Shown here piece after piece: positions 20,760 to 29,947 of a stretch of 41,599 nucleotides of DNA. The DNA is from Negativicutes bacterium. Lineage in GTDB: Bacteria > Bacillota > Negativicutes > UBA1444. The DNA is taken from assembly GCA_963665275.2 (NCBI GenBank), contig CAXXIN010000010.1:1-41599 (forward strand). The letters run 5' to 3'. The notes under the pieces were generated by a model, which saw only the letters and a program-made list of their open reading frames with translations, was not told the origin of the DNA and did no database searches. A program made the translations under genes and the position numbers. Every line of letters begins with the position of its first letter. Position 1 is the stretch's first letter.

Positions 20760-22322
20760 TCAGTCCTGGGGTTTTCCGTACAACGAAATTACCCTTGAAT
20801 TTTCAATTTTGCCGACGTTGTTCTTGGGAAGATCTTCAATGAATTGGATATATCGGGGAACTTTGAATTTTGCCAGGCGTGTGTTCAGGAAAGCGAGCAC
20901 TTGGTCCTTGCTCAACGTTTTGCCTGGACGGAGGGAGAGGATGGCCTTGCCGACTTCGCCCCATTTGTCGTCCGGTACGCCGATCACGCAGGCTTCGTAA
21001 ATTTCCGGTAACTCATAGATGATTTTTTCGATTTCGGGCGGAAATACATTTTCACCGCCAGAGATGTACATGTTCTTTTTGCGGCCGACGATGTAGTAAA
21101 AGCCGTCCTTGTCACGGCGGGCCATATCGCCGGTGTAAATCCAGCCGTCCCGCAGCGTCTTTTTCGTTTCCGCTTCATTGTTCCAGTAACCGCTGAAAAT
21201 TTGCGGGCCGCTCCAGATCAGTTCGCCGACTTCATCGTCACCCAACTCATTACCCGCATCGTCTACAATCGCCGCCAAAGTGAAATACATCGGCTTGCCG
21301 ACAGAGGCATATTTTTCCCGAATCACATCATAGCTGATGAACTCTGCCGGCACCGACAGATTGTTCGGCCCGGCTTCGGTCATGCCGTAACCGAGAACGA
21401 AACGAATGCCCCGGGCCCAGAATTTTTCCATGATATTCAACGGAGTCGGTGCGGCGCCAGCCATGATCCACTTCAATGAGGAAAAATCGGTGGTGGCAAA
21501 CTCGGGCAGATCGATCATCATGCGAAAAATGGTGGCGGCGCCGAATACAAATGTCGGCTTCTCCGAATTGATCACCTGCAGGGCCTGTTTGGGATCAAAC
21601 TGCTTATTGATCAGAATCCGTCCGCCTGCATGAAGAAGCGGCAACGTCAGCAGATTCCAGCCGCCGGTGTGGAACAGCGGAAGCAGCAGGTGAGCCGAAT
21701 CAGCATGGGAAACGCCCCAGGTCAAAATTTCATTCATCGAGTTGAACAGCATCGCACCATGGGAAATCAGTCCGCCTTTGGGCAATCCGGTCGTCCCGCC
21801 GGTATGGATGATGAAATAATTGTCGTCAAAACTCAGGTCAGGGCAACAACGCGGCGACGAATCCCCACCCACCATGATTTCTTCATAATGCAGGTCGGGG
21901 ATTTCGGCTCCGGCGCCTGCCAATACAATGTAACGCCCAATGTTGGTTTTTTGTTTCAAGCCAGCAATCGAAGCGGCAAAAACATCTTCATAGAACAGCA
22001 CCACCGGCTGTTCGCTCTCGACGAGCTGGGTCAGTTCATCCACCGAAAGTCTGGCATTGTAGGGAACCAGTACTGTCCCGGTTTTTCCTGTGGCGTAACA
22101 GGCATCGAATAATTCGATCCGGTTACGTGATAAAAAGGCGATCCTATCACCTTTTTTCACACCCAGAGTATCTGCCATGAAATTAGCGAGAATATTGGCC
22201 CTTTCATCTAATTGTTTGAATGTGTACCGAACATCATTGTCCAAATCATAAATTGCTTCTTTGTCTGGTGAAGTGCGGGCCCGAAAATACGAATAGTTGC
22301 CAATCCAGCCCATTTGTTTCAT
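20760..22322 (-). CDS. Acyl-CoA synthetase (AMP-forming)
   Basis: HTGGTTGLPKG, GYGMTEAGP, TGD, GRKK, SGGENV and VGKI. Confidence 0.92.
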   Translation of the reverse strand: MKQMGWIGNYSYFRARTSPDKEAIYDLDNDVRYTFKQLDERANILANFMADTLGVKKGDRIAFLSRNRIELFDACYATGKTGTVLVPYNARLSVDELTQLVESEQPVVLFYEDVFAASIAGLKQKTNIGRYIVLAGAGAEIPDLHYEEIMVGGDSSPRCCPDLSFDDNYFIIHTGGTTGLPKGGLISHGAMLFNSMNEILTWGVSHADSAHLLLPLFHTGGWNLLTLPLLHAGGRILINKQFDPKQALQVINSEKPTFVFGAATIFRMMIDLPEFATTDFSSLKWIMAGAAPTPLNIMEKFWARGIRFVLGYGMTEAGPNNLSVPAEFISYDVIREKYASVGKPMYFTLAAIVDDAGNELGDDEVGELIWSGPQIFSGYWNNEAETKKTLRDGWIYTGDMARRDKDGFYYIVGRKKNMYISGGENVFPPEIEKIIYELPEIYEACVIGVPDDKWGEVGKAILSLRPGKTLSKDQVLAFLNTRLAKFKVPRYIQFIEDLPKNNVGKIENSRVISLYGKPQD

Positions 22323-22385
22323 ATGATTTCCCCCTTCTGTTTTACGGCGTATTGCGCCGGCAACGTATGTTTTTACAAGGACTCT

Positions 22386-22428
22386 GCGAATAGTGATTCA
22401 TATTTATGAAACATGAATCACTATTCAT
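22386..22428. promoter_or_regulatory. Paired TetR-type operators
   Basis: 14-bp inverted repeat GAATAGTGATTCAT (22388-22401) / ATGAATCACTATTC (22413-22426). Each arm is itself a near-palindrome of the form ATGAAT-N4-ATTCAT. Just downstream of the promoter. Confidence 0.75.
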
Positions 22429-22432
22429 GTAA

Positions 22433-22461
22433 AATTTAACATGCCCATAATTATCTGTCAA
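22433..22461 (-). promoter_or_regulatory. Sigma-A promoter of the acyl-CoA ligase operon
   Basis: TTGACA-17 nt-TAAATT with TG extension. Confidence 0.7.
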
Positions 22462-22532
22462 TAGGGAACTGGCGGAATGGTGAAAATTTTCTTACATTTA
22501 TTTTTCATCCTGCAAATCCATTCTAATTTTGT

Positions 22533-22562
22533 TTGTACTCCGACTCACGAGCTTGTTATAAT
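22533..22562 (+). promoter_or_regulatory. Sigma-A promoter of tetR
   Basis: TTGTAC-18 nt-TATAAT with TG extension. Confidence 0.55.
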
Positions 22563-22589
22563 ATACTATGCTGTAACGAATGCTTCAAA

Positions 22590-23198
22590 ATGGGGGTGAC
22601 TGAACTGAGCCTGGTTAACTTGCCAAAAACTGCGAAGGGACAGGAAACGCTTGAGAGGATCCGCAAAGCCGCTGAATTGCTGTTCAGCGCCAACGGTTAC
22701 TACAATACCTCTGTCACCGATATCACTACCGAAGCGTCCGTAGCACCGGGTACCTTTTACATTTATTTTACCGATAAAAAAAGTGTCTTCCGCTATCTCC
22801 TCGAAGACATGGGACACTCATTGCGGTCCGACATCGCTGTCGCCACCAAAGACTGCGTCTCCCGCTATGACATAGAATATATGGGCTTCAAGACTTTTTT
22901 TGCTTTTGTGACCAAACACAGCGGCCTTTATAAAATCATCTGGGAAGCCCAGTTTGTCGACAACGAGATGTTCAAAGAGTATTACGAAAATTTCGCTGAG
23001 CGCTACATCCTCAGAATCAAGGATGCACAAGAATCCGGCGAGTTGAAGGATCTCGATCCCAAAATCCTGGCGTACAGCCTGATCGGAATTTGCAACTTCA
23101 TCGGACTCAAGTGGGTAATTTTCGATAACCAACCCGTCCCAGACGAAGCGATCCATGAAATCATGCGTTTTGTCCGCGGCGGTGCGTTCAAAAACTGA
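22590..23198 (+). CDS. TetR-family regulator, divergent from the acyl-CoA ligase operon
   Basis: AAELLFSANGYYNTSVTDIT...VAPGTFYIYFTDK. Start codon uncertain. Confidence 0.9.
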   Translation: MGVTELSLVNLPKTAKGQETLERIRKAAELLFSANGYYNTSVTDITTEASVAPGTFYIYFTDKKSVFRYLLEDMGHSLRSDIAVATKDCVSRYDIEYMGFKTFFAFVTKHSGLYKIIWEAQFVDNEMFKEYYENFAERYILRIKDAQESGELKDLDPKILAYSLIGICNFIGLKWVIFDNQPVPDEAIHEIMRFVRGGAFKN

Positions 23199-23234
23199 TT
23201 ACAGTCAACTCCGTCAAAATTTTCTTTCAACAGG

Positions 23235-23278
23235 AAAACGCGGCCGGTCACCCAAAAAGTGGCCGCCCGCGTTTTTTT
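23235..23278. terminator. Bidirectional terminator
   Basis: AAAACGCGG...CCGCGTTTTTTT between convergent genes. Confidence 0.7.
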
Positions 23279-23302
23279 GTGGCTGCAGGTTGCAGACGAG
23301 AC

Positions 23303-24459
23303 CTATTTCCCTTCGGAATCCTGATGACTTTGCCGCATAAGCAGAAATGCGCCAGCCGCCGCGGTCAAGGGGATGGACAGCACCAGTCCGATGCTGCCGA
23401 CCAGTGCTCTGACAAACTCCGTCACCAACAAATCCAAATTGAAAATCCGCAGCATGGACAAGTCCGGCTGGGATGCGATCAAGAGAACCAGCGGCAGCGA
23501 GCTCCCCGCATACGCCAGAATTAGGGTATTGGCATCGGTCGCCATCACGTCCCTCCCCACGGTCATGCCAGAATCAAACAATTCCCGCCGGGACAGGGTC
23601 AGACAGTTCCTTGCAACCTCCTGTTGGGCCGCAGCGATTGAAATCGCCACGTCCATTACGGCGCCAAGAGCTCCCAAAATCACGCCGGCAAATAAAATCC
23701 CCTGGAAATCGACGTGTTTCAACACGGTCGCCTTCAGAATCATCGCCTCTTCGCTGGACAGACCCGTAAGGTGCATGAACTTCACCGTGGCGCCGGCCAA
23801 GAGTCCAGCCGCCGCCACACCGCCCAAAGTCCCGATGAATGCGGCCCAGGTTTTTGGTTCTTTCCCACCGCTTACAGAAAACAGCGTAATGCCGCTGATC
23901 AATATCGCCACGATGAATGTCAGCAGATGGACGTTTACTCCGCCTGCCATTACCTGCCCCACAAATCCGTAGTACAGAATGACCAACGAAGTTCCGATCA
24001 CGAACACCGCCCGTAGTCCCACACCGCGGCCAACAGCAGCAACATCAGAATGAACAATCCGGCCAGCCAGAGCAGACCGTTACTTCGCTCATAATCTGCA
24101 ATATTATAGGTCAACTTTCCCGAAGGATCGGTCATCAACGCCAAAATAACCTTATCGCCGGGTTTCGCTACAATGTTATAGAACGATCGATCCATCGTCC
24201 GGTTGATGATCATAACTTCCTGCCCGGCATCCGGGCCGGAAGTCACCCTGGCTTTGATCAACGTGGCGGCTAGGCCGCGTTGGGCCCGCACCGGATCAAC
24301 GTCCATTTTTTCCTCCGACAGTACAATCCCCTTAACGTAGTTTATTTTGGGTATGTCCTCCGTATCCGAGGGTGTTTTGGCACTGGCAACCTGCATCATG
24401 CATAGAAGCCCTAGTGCAACGAGGGCCATTCTTCGAATTGGCCCGTTTATTCGAATCAT
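23303..24459 (-). CDS. YibE/F-family membrane protein (frameshift near 24020)
   Basis: DYERS, GALGAVMDVAISIA, GRDVM..., NTLILAYAGSSLP and GSIGLV...P. Confidence 0.85.
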
Positions 24460-24511
24460 CTGCGTTCCTCCCAAAATCCATTCTCTACTGCTAATTGTAG
24501 CGTACAACAAG

Positions 24512-24546
24512 AAAAAAGACACCTGGCAAGAAAACTCCAGGTGTCT
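24512..24546 (-). terminator. Intrinsic terminator after the permease
   Basis: AGACACCTGG...CCAGGTGTCT followed by a U-tract on the minus strand. Confidence 0.75.
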
Positions 24547-24575
24547 GGTAAATTATTATGGAAGGAAATTAATCT

Positions 24576-25889
24576 CTAACGGAATGCAAATGCGTAAACG
24601 ATGAGCAATCCGGTTTGGGCCAACGCCACCACGTAACCATTGCGCATCATCGCTTTTAGGTTGTTAGACTGCGCGAACCCCATCATCGCCACCATGTTGC
24701 TGCCGGGAATAATGAAGTTGGTGACCCGCGTCGCGACGATCAGCGCCACGGTCCAGGCGATCATCGACACATTATATTCCTTTAGCAAGGAGGCGAACAT
24801 CTTGTTCAACGTCACCAGCTCGGCCACCACCGCGCCGGAAATACCAAACGCGCCGATTGCACCGCCCGCGATGACCACGGCGACTTTGCCGCCGATATTG
24901 ATCAGTGGCATCATCAGATAGGTGAGCGCCTTGAATCCACCGGCCAGTTCAACGTAGTTGATGAAAAGTTCCAACAGGATGAACAGCAGATACAATCCGA
25001 CATTGCCCGCCATCCCTTTGATGATTGATTTGCATACTGAATCGAATTTCATGCCGCCCACCATGCCGACCACGAATGAAAGAATCAGCATTACGGAAAT
25101 CACGAATGGCGTTGCCGCTTTCACATAGATTCCATAGGCAATCAAAGCGGCAAACAGTACGATAAAAGTCGTAGTAGCCCGTCTACTGTGAGCGGTCGGA
25201 TGAAACACCTCGATTTCTTTACCCACGGCCATACCCGCAGGCATTTTTTCTTCCGTGCTGCGTTGAATCCGCTGCACCATGAACCACGTTACCAGCAAGG
25301 TAACAAATGCGATCGGCAGCGCCGCCGTCAGCAACATGGTGCCATAGTCCAGTTTGGTCAAACCGATCAATGTCACTACCGGCGGCGTGAACGGCCCCAG
25401 TGTGAGGGCTTCTTCGCCTACCGACTGGTAAAGAACCGCCACGGCTGCCGGAGTTAGACCGACTGCGGCAGCGATGGGATTGACGATGGGAGCGATGATC
25501 GCGACGCCGCCCGCCATAGTCCCGAGAAGTCCCACGATGACCATTGTTGCCATCATGATGCCCAACAACGCTTTTTTCTGGGTATTGACGCCAATACCGT
25601 AAATAATCTTATACACCAGCGTGTGCGCCACCTTGGTTTCGGACAAAACCTCGCCCAGCCCGCGCCCGAGCATGATAATGAGACCGACCAGCCCAAGGAA
25701 GGAGCCCATCGCTTTAGATAAATCAGTTCCGACCGCAACCAGGCTCTTGGCGTTGATGACGGCGCCCAGCACCACGCAAATGACGGTGGCCGGCAGCGGA
25801 TCCATCTCCCGCAGGACCAGAACAATATAGAGCAGCAACGGAATGAGTCCTATCAAGCCCCACCAGATGTTAAATCCCGGATCAGTCAC
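24576..25889 (-). CDS. IT-superfamily (NhaC/GntP/DsdX-like) permease
   Basis: 437 aa with many hydrophobic helices. Co-transcribed with the D-aminoacylase. Confidence 0.75.
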   Translation of the reverse strand: MTDPGFNIWWGLIGLIPLLLYIVLVLREMDPLPATVICVVLGAVINAKSLVAVGTDLSKAMGSFLGLVGLIIMLGRGLGEVLSETKVAHTLVYKIIYGIGVNTQKKALLGIMMATMVIVGLLGTMAGGVAIIAPIVNPIAAAVGLTPAAVAVLYQSVGEEALTLGPFTPPVVTLIGLTKLDYGTMLLTAALPIAFVTLLVTWFMVQRIQRSTEEKMPAGMAVGKEIEVFHPTAHSRRATTTFIVLFAALIAYGIYVKAATPFVISVMLILSFVVGMVGGMKFDSVCKSIIKGMAGNVGLYLLFILLELFINYVELAGGFKALTYLMMPLINIGGKVAVVIAGGAIGAFGISGAVVAELVTLNKMFASLLKEYNVSMIAWTVALIVATRVTNFIIPGSNMVAMMGFAQSNNLKAMMRNGYVVALAQTGLLIVYAFAFR

Positions 25890-25901
25890 ATTGAATTCCT
25901 C

Positions 25902-27497
25902 CTATCGTTTTTTTCGTAAAACTTCGCCCCGACCCGCGCCGGTGAGCTTGGAATCCTTGACCGCAGTCGTACCGTTGACGAACACGTGGTGTATGCCTTC
26001 GGGGTATTGGTGCGGATTGCCAAAATCTGCTTTGTCGATAACTGTATCAGGATTGAATACGGTGATGTCGGCTTTCATTCCAGTCCTGATGCGCCCCCGG
26101 TCCGGCAGGCGCAGAATCTTCGCCGGTAATCCGCTCATTTTGTGAACGGCCAGTTCCAGTGAAATCAGTTGCTTTTCCCGAACATAACGGCCCAATACGC
26201 GCGGGAATGTTCCGTACGACCTCGGATGAACATTTTCAGCCCGGTCGCGCTCCGGATTCATGACCTGACCATCGCTGCCGACGGCGACATTGGGATTCTG
26301 CATGATGCCCTCCAGATCAATTTCACCGAGCGAGAAGTAAACCGCATTAACCTTGGCATCCTCTTCGATGAGCAATTGACGCACCGCTTCTTCCGGCGGG
26401 ATGTGACGGGCCGCAGCCAGATCCTGAATCGTTTTTCCGACCCACTGCTGGTTGGCAGCCGTTTTCACCACGGATATTTTGACTCGTTCCGGGCCGCCAC
26501 GCACCGTCATCTCCTGCAGAATAGCTGTCGAGAGCTGTTGACGCAAATCAGGGTCTTCGAGTCGTCTGAGCAGTGCGGCGATGCCTCCGTCCTGAGCCCA
26601 GCCCGGCACCAGAGCCGCGAGCGAAGTTGCCGTCGCTTCATAGGGATACTGGTCGGCCCAGATATCCACGCCTTCGGCGCGGGCGGCCTCAATCCGGTGC
26701 AGCGCCGCCAATCCCTGTCCCCAAAAAGGTTTTCCGATCGCCTTGAGGTGTGACACCTGCACGCGGGCGCCGCTGATGCGCCCCAGCGTGATTGCTTCTT
26801 CGATCGAATTCATCAGCGTGGCGCTTTCTCCGCGGATATGGCTGGTGTACAGGGCTTCGTGTTTCGCCAGAACTTTGGCCAGCTCGATCAGTTCATCCGG
26901 TTTGGCGAAACTTCCCGGCGGATACACCAGACCGGTCGACATTCCCCAGGCCCCCTGCCGAAGCGATTCGTTGAGCAATTCCTGCATCTGCGTCATCTCC
27001 GCCGCGCTCGGCGGTCGGTCATCCCACCCGATGGCGGCGATGCGAACCGCTCCCTGAGCCGCCAGCATGGCCAAATTAATCCCCGGTCGCAGTTTTTCCA
27101 CCGCCGCCGCAAACCCGTTAAAGTCCGTCCACGTCACACCACCCTCCGGCAGCGAACCGCTAAGCGTATTCAGGTAGGATTCCAGTTCGGCTATGCGACA
27201 GGAACTCACCGGAAAGGGACCGATGCCGCAGTTGGAAGTCACTTCGGTCGTGACGCCTTGCATCACTTTGCTGTCACCGAGAGGGTTATCAAATATCTTC
27301 CTGTCCGTATGCGTATGCAGATCAATAAATCCGGGGGATACTACCAACCCGGATACGTCGATTTCTTCCCCGGCAGTACCGGTCTCCACTTTCCCGACCG
27401 CCCCGATCCGGTCCCCGTCGATCCAAAGATCTCCCCGGACTCCCGGCGCACCCGTTCCGTCAATTATGGTCCCGCCACGTAAAATAATACTTCCCAT
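25902..27497 (-). CDS. N-acyl-D-amino-acid deacylase (D-aminoacylase)
   Basis: PGFIDLHTHTD, QGVTT...NCG, STGLVYPPG, SHIR, SHLK, GSDG and HPRSYGTFPR. Confidence 0.92.
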   Translation of the reverse strand: MGSIILRGGTIIDGTGAPGVRGDLWIDGDRIGAVGKVETGTAGEEIDVSGLVVSPGFIDLHTHTDRKIFDNPLGDSKVMQGVTTEVTSNCGIGPFPVSSCRIAELESYLNTLSGSLPEGGVTWTDFNGFAAAVEKLRPGINLAMLAAQGAVRIAAIGWDDRPPSAAEMTQMQELLNESLRQGAWGMSTGLVYPPGSFAKPDELIELAKVLAKHEALYTSHIRGESATLMNSIEEAITLGRISGARVQVSHLKAIGKPFWGQGLAALHRIEAARAEGVDIWADQYPYEATATSLAALVPGWAQDGGIAALLRRLEDPDLRQQLSTAILQEMTVRGGPERVKISVVKTAANQQWVGKTIQDLAAARHIPPEEAVRQLLIEEDAKVNAVYFSLGEIDLEGIMQNPNVAVGSDGQVMNPERDRAENVHPRSYGTFPRVLGRYVREKQLISLELAVHKMSGLPAKILRLPDRGRIRTGMKADITVFNPDTVIDKADFGNPHQYPEGIHHVFVNGTTAVKDSKLTGAGRGEVLRKKR

Positions 27498-27523
27498 CGC
27501 CGATACCATCCTCACTTTTTTTT

Positions 27524-27585
27524 AAAAACAAAAATCCCAGCAGAACAAGCACATCCGTCATTGGTTAGATGCTCGTTTCGCTGGG
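27524..27585 (-). terminator. Intrinsic terminator directly upstream of the D-aminoacylase gene (possible attenuator)
   Basis: Minus strand CCCAGCGAAACGAGCATCT...GGATGTGCTTGTTCTGCTGGG followed by ATTTTTGTTTTT. Confidence 0.65.
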
Positions 27586-27660
27586 TTTCATCCGCGCACA
27601 GCGCATGAAGCAGCCATATAAGATTATGGAACTAACAGTAACATATGGACACAACTCGTG

Positions 27661-28026
27661 TCAACCCGAAGTTAGCTCATCCTGGCGGGTGAGCAGTTCC
27701 CCGCGAACTCCCTGCCGGTACATGCGGAAGCGCCTTTGTGCATCCCGAAAAGCAACCAAAATCGCCTTTTGCGAGGCGCCGAAATAACGGTTCTCAATTT
27801 CAAGACGTATCAACTCCCCGTCCGTGTCGATATTACGTCCCTGAAACAACTCTTCCAGAAAGTCATACGTGCTCTTCATCACCACGGTACTGCCACAGGC
27901 GTAGATGATGCCAGTATCCTTGTCAACATTGAATCCGAGCAAAAGCCGTCCGAACTGCTGGGTGATCGGATTGTGCTGCTGGGATTTGGCGATTCCGATA
28001 ATATAAATTGTATTGGCTCGGTTCAC
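27661..28026 (-). CDS. DUF3870-like protein
   Basis: IYIIGIAK...NPIT and RYFGASQKAILVA. Confidence 0.7.
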   Translation of the reverse strand: MNRANTIYIIGIAKSQQHNPITQQFGRLLLGFNVDKDTGIIYACGSTVVMKSTYDFLEELFQGRNIDTDGELIRLEIENRYFGASQKAILVAFRDAQRRFRMYRQGVRGELLTRQDELTSG

Positions 28027-28061
28027 GGGATACGCCTCCTTGTGTCAAACGGGCGCCAAAA

Positions 28062-29156
28062 TCAGGCGCGCCGGGCGGCAATCGGCCAGATGGCCTCAAC
28101 CACGCCATTGCGGGTGACAAACATCGAATCATACAAGTTGACTGTAGTACAACAATGGCTGGGAATGAAGTGCATTTTTTCCCCTGGTCGCGGATCAACT
28201 TCGCCGGCAAGAATCGTCACCGAATGCTCTTCCGACAGGCTCTTAACTGTGATTGCACCGCCGCTGCATCCCTGCACAGACGGATTGAACCGTTCAGGCG
28301 AAATCCCTTTGAGTCCCACATCGAAAACGGCCACGTCGTCAGCCGGACGGCTCACGACTGTCGCCAATACGGTCAGGGCTTGATCAAACGGCAGTCCTAG
28401 TTTCTGATACGTCCCATCCATGAAAATATAAGATCCTGCCTGAATCTCGGTGATTTCCGGATATTCAGCCGCTATATCGTAGGTTCCGGTGCCGGCCCCG
28501 CTGACAATCTCGATGTTCATGCCCAGCCCGCTCAGCTCTTTGGCGGCCTTCACCAACAAATCGTTGGCTGCGCGGCCCTGACGGGTGCGTTCCGCCCGAT
28601 CTGGAATAAACTGTACATGGCCTTCATAGCCGAATACGCCTTTGAGCTGCAAGTTTTGAGCACCCTCAACCTCGCGGGCCAATTCCACCAATTGCTCGAT
28701 ACTGCGAGCACCACACCGCCCCTGACCCACATCGAGATCCACCAGCACATCCATGTTCACGCCATATTGTCGGGCCACCGCGGACAGATTCCGGATATTT
28801 TCCCGATCGTCCACTATCATCATGACCTGGGCTTGTCGGGCCAAATTCACCGAACGCCGGAGTGACAGCGGATCAACTACTTCATTGGCTATCAGCACAT
28901 TAGGAATGCCGGAATAAACCATGACTTCCGCCTCGCCAACTGTTGCGCAGCACAGTCCGACTGCTCCCGCACGCATCTGCATGTGCCCGATGGCCGGCGT
29001 CTTGTGTGTCTTGGCATGCGGCCGCAACTGGGTTTTGACCCGTGCGAGATAGTTCATCATCGTTTCCATGTTTCGGGTCATGATCTCGATATCCACAACC
29101 AGCGCCGGCGTAGGTATCTGATCCACCGGCAATCCAACCAGATATTGTCCGTTCAT
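28062..29156 (-). CDS. DSD1-family fold-III PLP enzyme (D-serine dehydratase / D-threonine aldolase-like)
   Basis: TPAL, LRPHAKTHK, GRCG, GAGTGT, EIQAGSYIFMD, SEEH and PSHCCTTVN. Confidence 0.9.
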   Translation of the reverse strand: MNGQYLVGLPVDQIPTPALVVDIEIMTRNMETMMNYLARVKTQLRPHAKTHKTPAIGHMQMRAGAVGLCCATVGEAEVMVYSGIPNVLIANEVVDPLSLRRSVNLARQAQVMMIVDDRENIRNLSAVARQYGVNMDVLVDLDVGQGRCGARSIEQLVELAREVEGAQNLQLKGVFGYEGHVQFIPDRAERTRQGRAANDLLVKAAKELSGLGMNIEIVSGAGTGTYDIAAEYPEITEIQAGSYIFMDGTYQKLGLPFDQALTVLATVVSRPADDVAVFDVGLKGISPERFNPSVQGCSGGAITVKSLSEEHSVTILAGEVDPRPGEKMHFIPSHCCTTVNLYDSMFVTRNGVVEAIWPIAARRA

Positions 29157-29249
29157 GTGAAATCCTCCTGTAAATCAAATTTCTGCCACGATGCCGTCAG
29201 AACATAAAACAAGGCGATGGAACTTCCACCGCCAAAAGCCCGTTATTTC

Positions 29250-29783
29250 TCAGTCGTATTTGGTCAGATTATACTTTTCAATGATGCGAAGCACGCCGTC
29301 GGCATAGGCCCACGGATTGTCCGTCGCATAACGCGGGGCAATGGAGTGGATGAAATTGTAGACATTGGAGGTATCTTTATATCGATAGGCAGGATTGCGG
29401 TTGATGTTGGACGCGTAGTCTTCAAAACAGTCCTGAATGGATTCATACGCCTGAAACTTGCCTACAGTCATGTAACGGCCCGCGCCGTAGCCTTCCGGCG
29501 TCACCTTTTCAAAATACCGGCCATTATTGCGCCATTTTTTACCCAGGACATTATTATACTCGCGAACTGAACGTCCATAGATATCCTGTGCGTCAAGATG
29601 CCTGCCGAAGCCCGTTTCCCGGCAGCTTTGGGCAATCGCAACAGACGGGAACAGCCCATATTCCTTGACTCTCTGCGCATAGGGCGCGATGCTTTCGATA
29701 TATTGCTCCGGGCTCATTGCCTGACAGAGCTGAACGTTGAAAAACATTCCCAGCAGGAGAACTCCTGTCAGGATCCATTTCAC
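29250..29783 (-). CDS. Secreted GH73 glucosaminidase-domain peptidoglycan hydrolase
   Basis: Signal peptide, AIAQSCRETGFG (catalytic Glu), NNVLGKK and YATD. Confidence 0.85.
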   Translation of the reverse strand: MKWILTGVLLLGMFFNVQLCQAMSPEQYIESIAPYAQRVKEYGLFPSVAIAQSCRETGFGRHLDAQDIYGRSVREYNNVLGKKWRNNGRYFEKVTPEGYGAGRYMTVGKFQAYESIQDCFEDYASNINRNPAYRYKDTSNVYNFIHSIAPRYATDNPWAYADGVLRIIEKYNLTKYD

Positions 29784-29837
29784 GATTCCGACCCCCAATT
29801 TGTTTTTATTCCTGATTAGTCTATCGTAAGTTTTGAT

Positions 29838-29864
29838 ATTCTACACAAGTCTTCCAATTCCTTT
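29838..29864 (-). promoter_or_regulatory. Sigma-H-like promoter of the GH73 gene
   Basis: Minus strand AAAGGAATT...GTAGAAT. Confidence 0.55.
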
Positions 29865-29947
29865 ATTTCGGCGCCAGCCTTCCCCATTTGAATCTTTTGG
29901 CCCGATGGGCTACAATTACGATTAGTACTGGATCTTGATACAAGGGG

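Noticed and set aside
27630-27650. BglG/SacY RAT antiterminator site (ATGTTACTG on the minus strand)
   Set aside because: Only the 5' half resembles RAT. The GCAGGCAA half is absent and it does not overlap the terminator.
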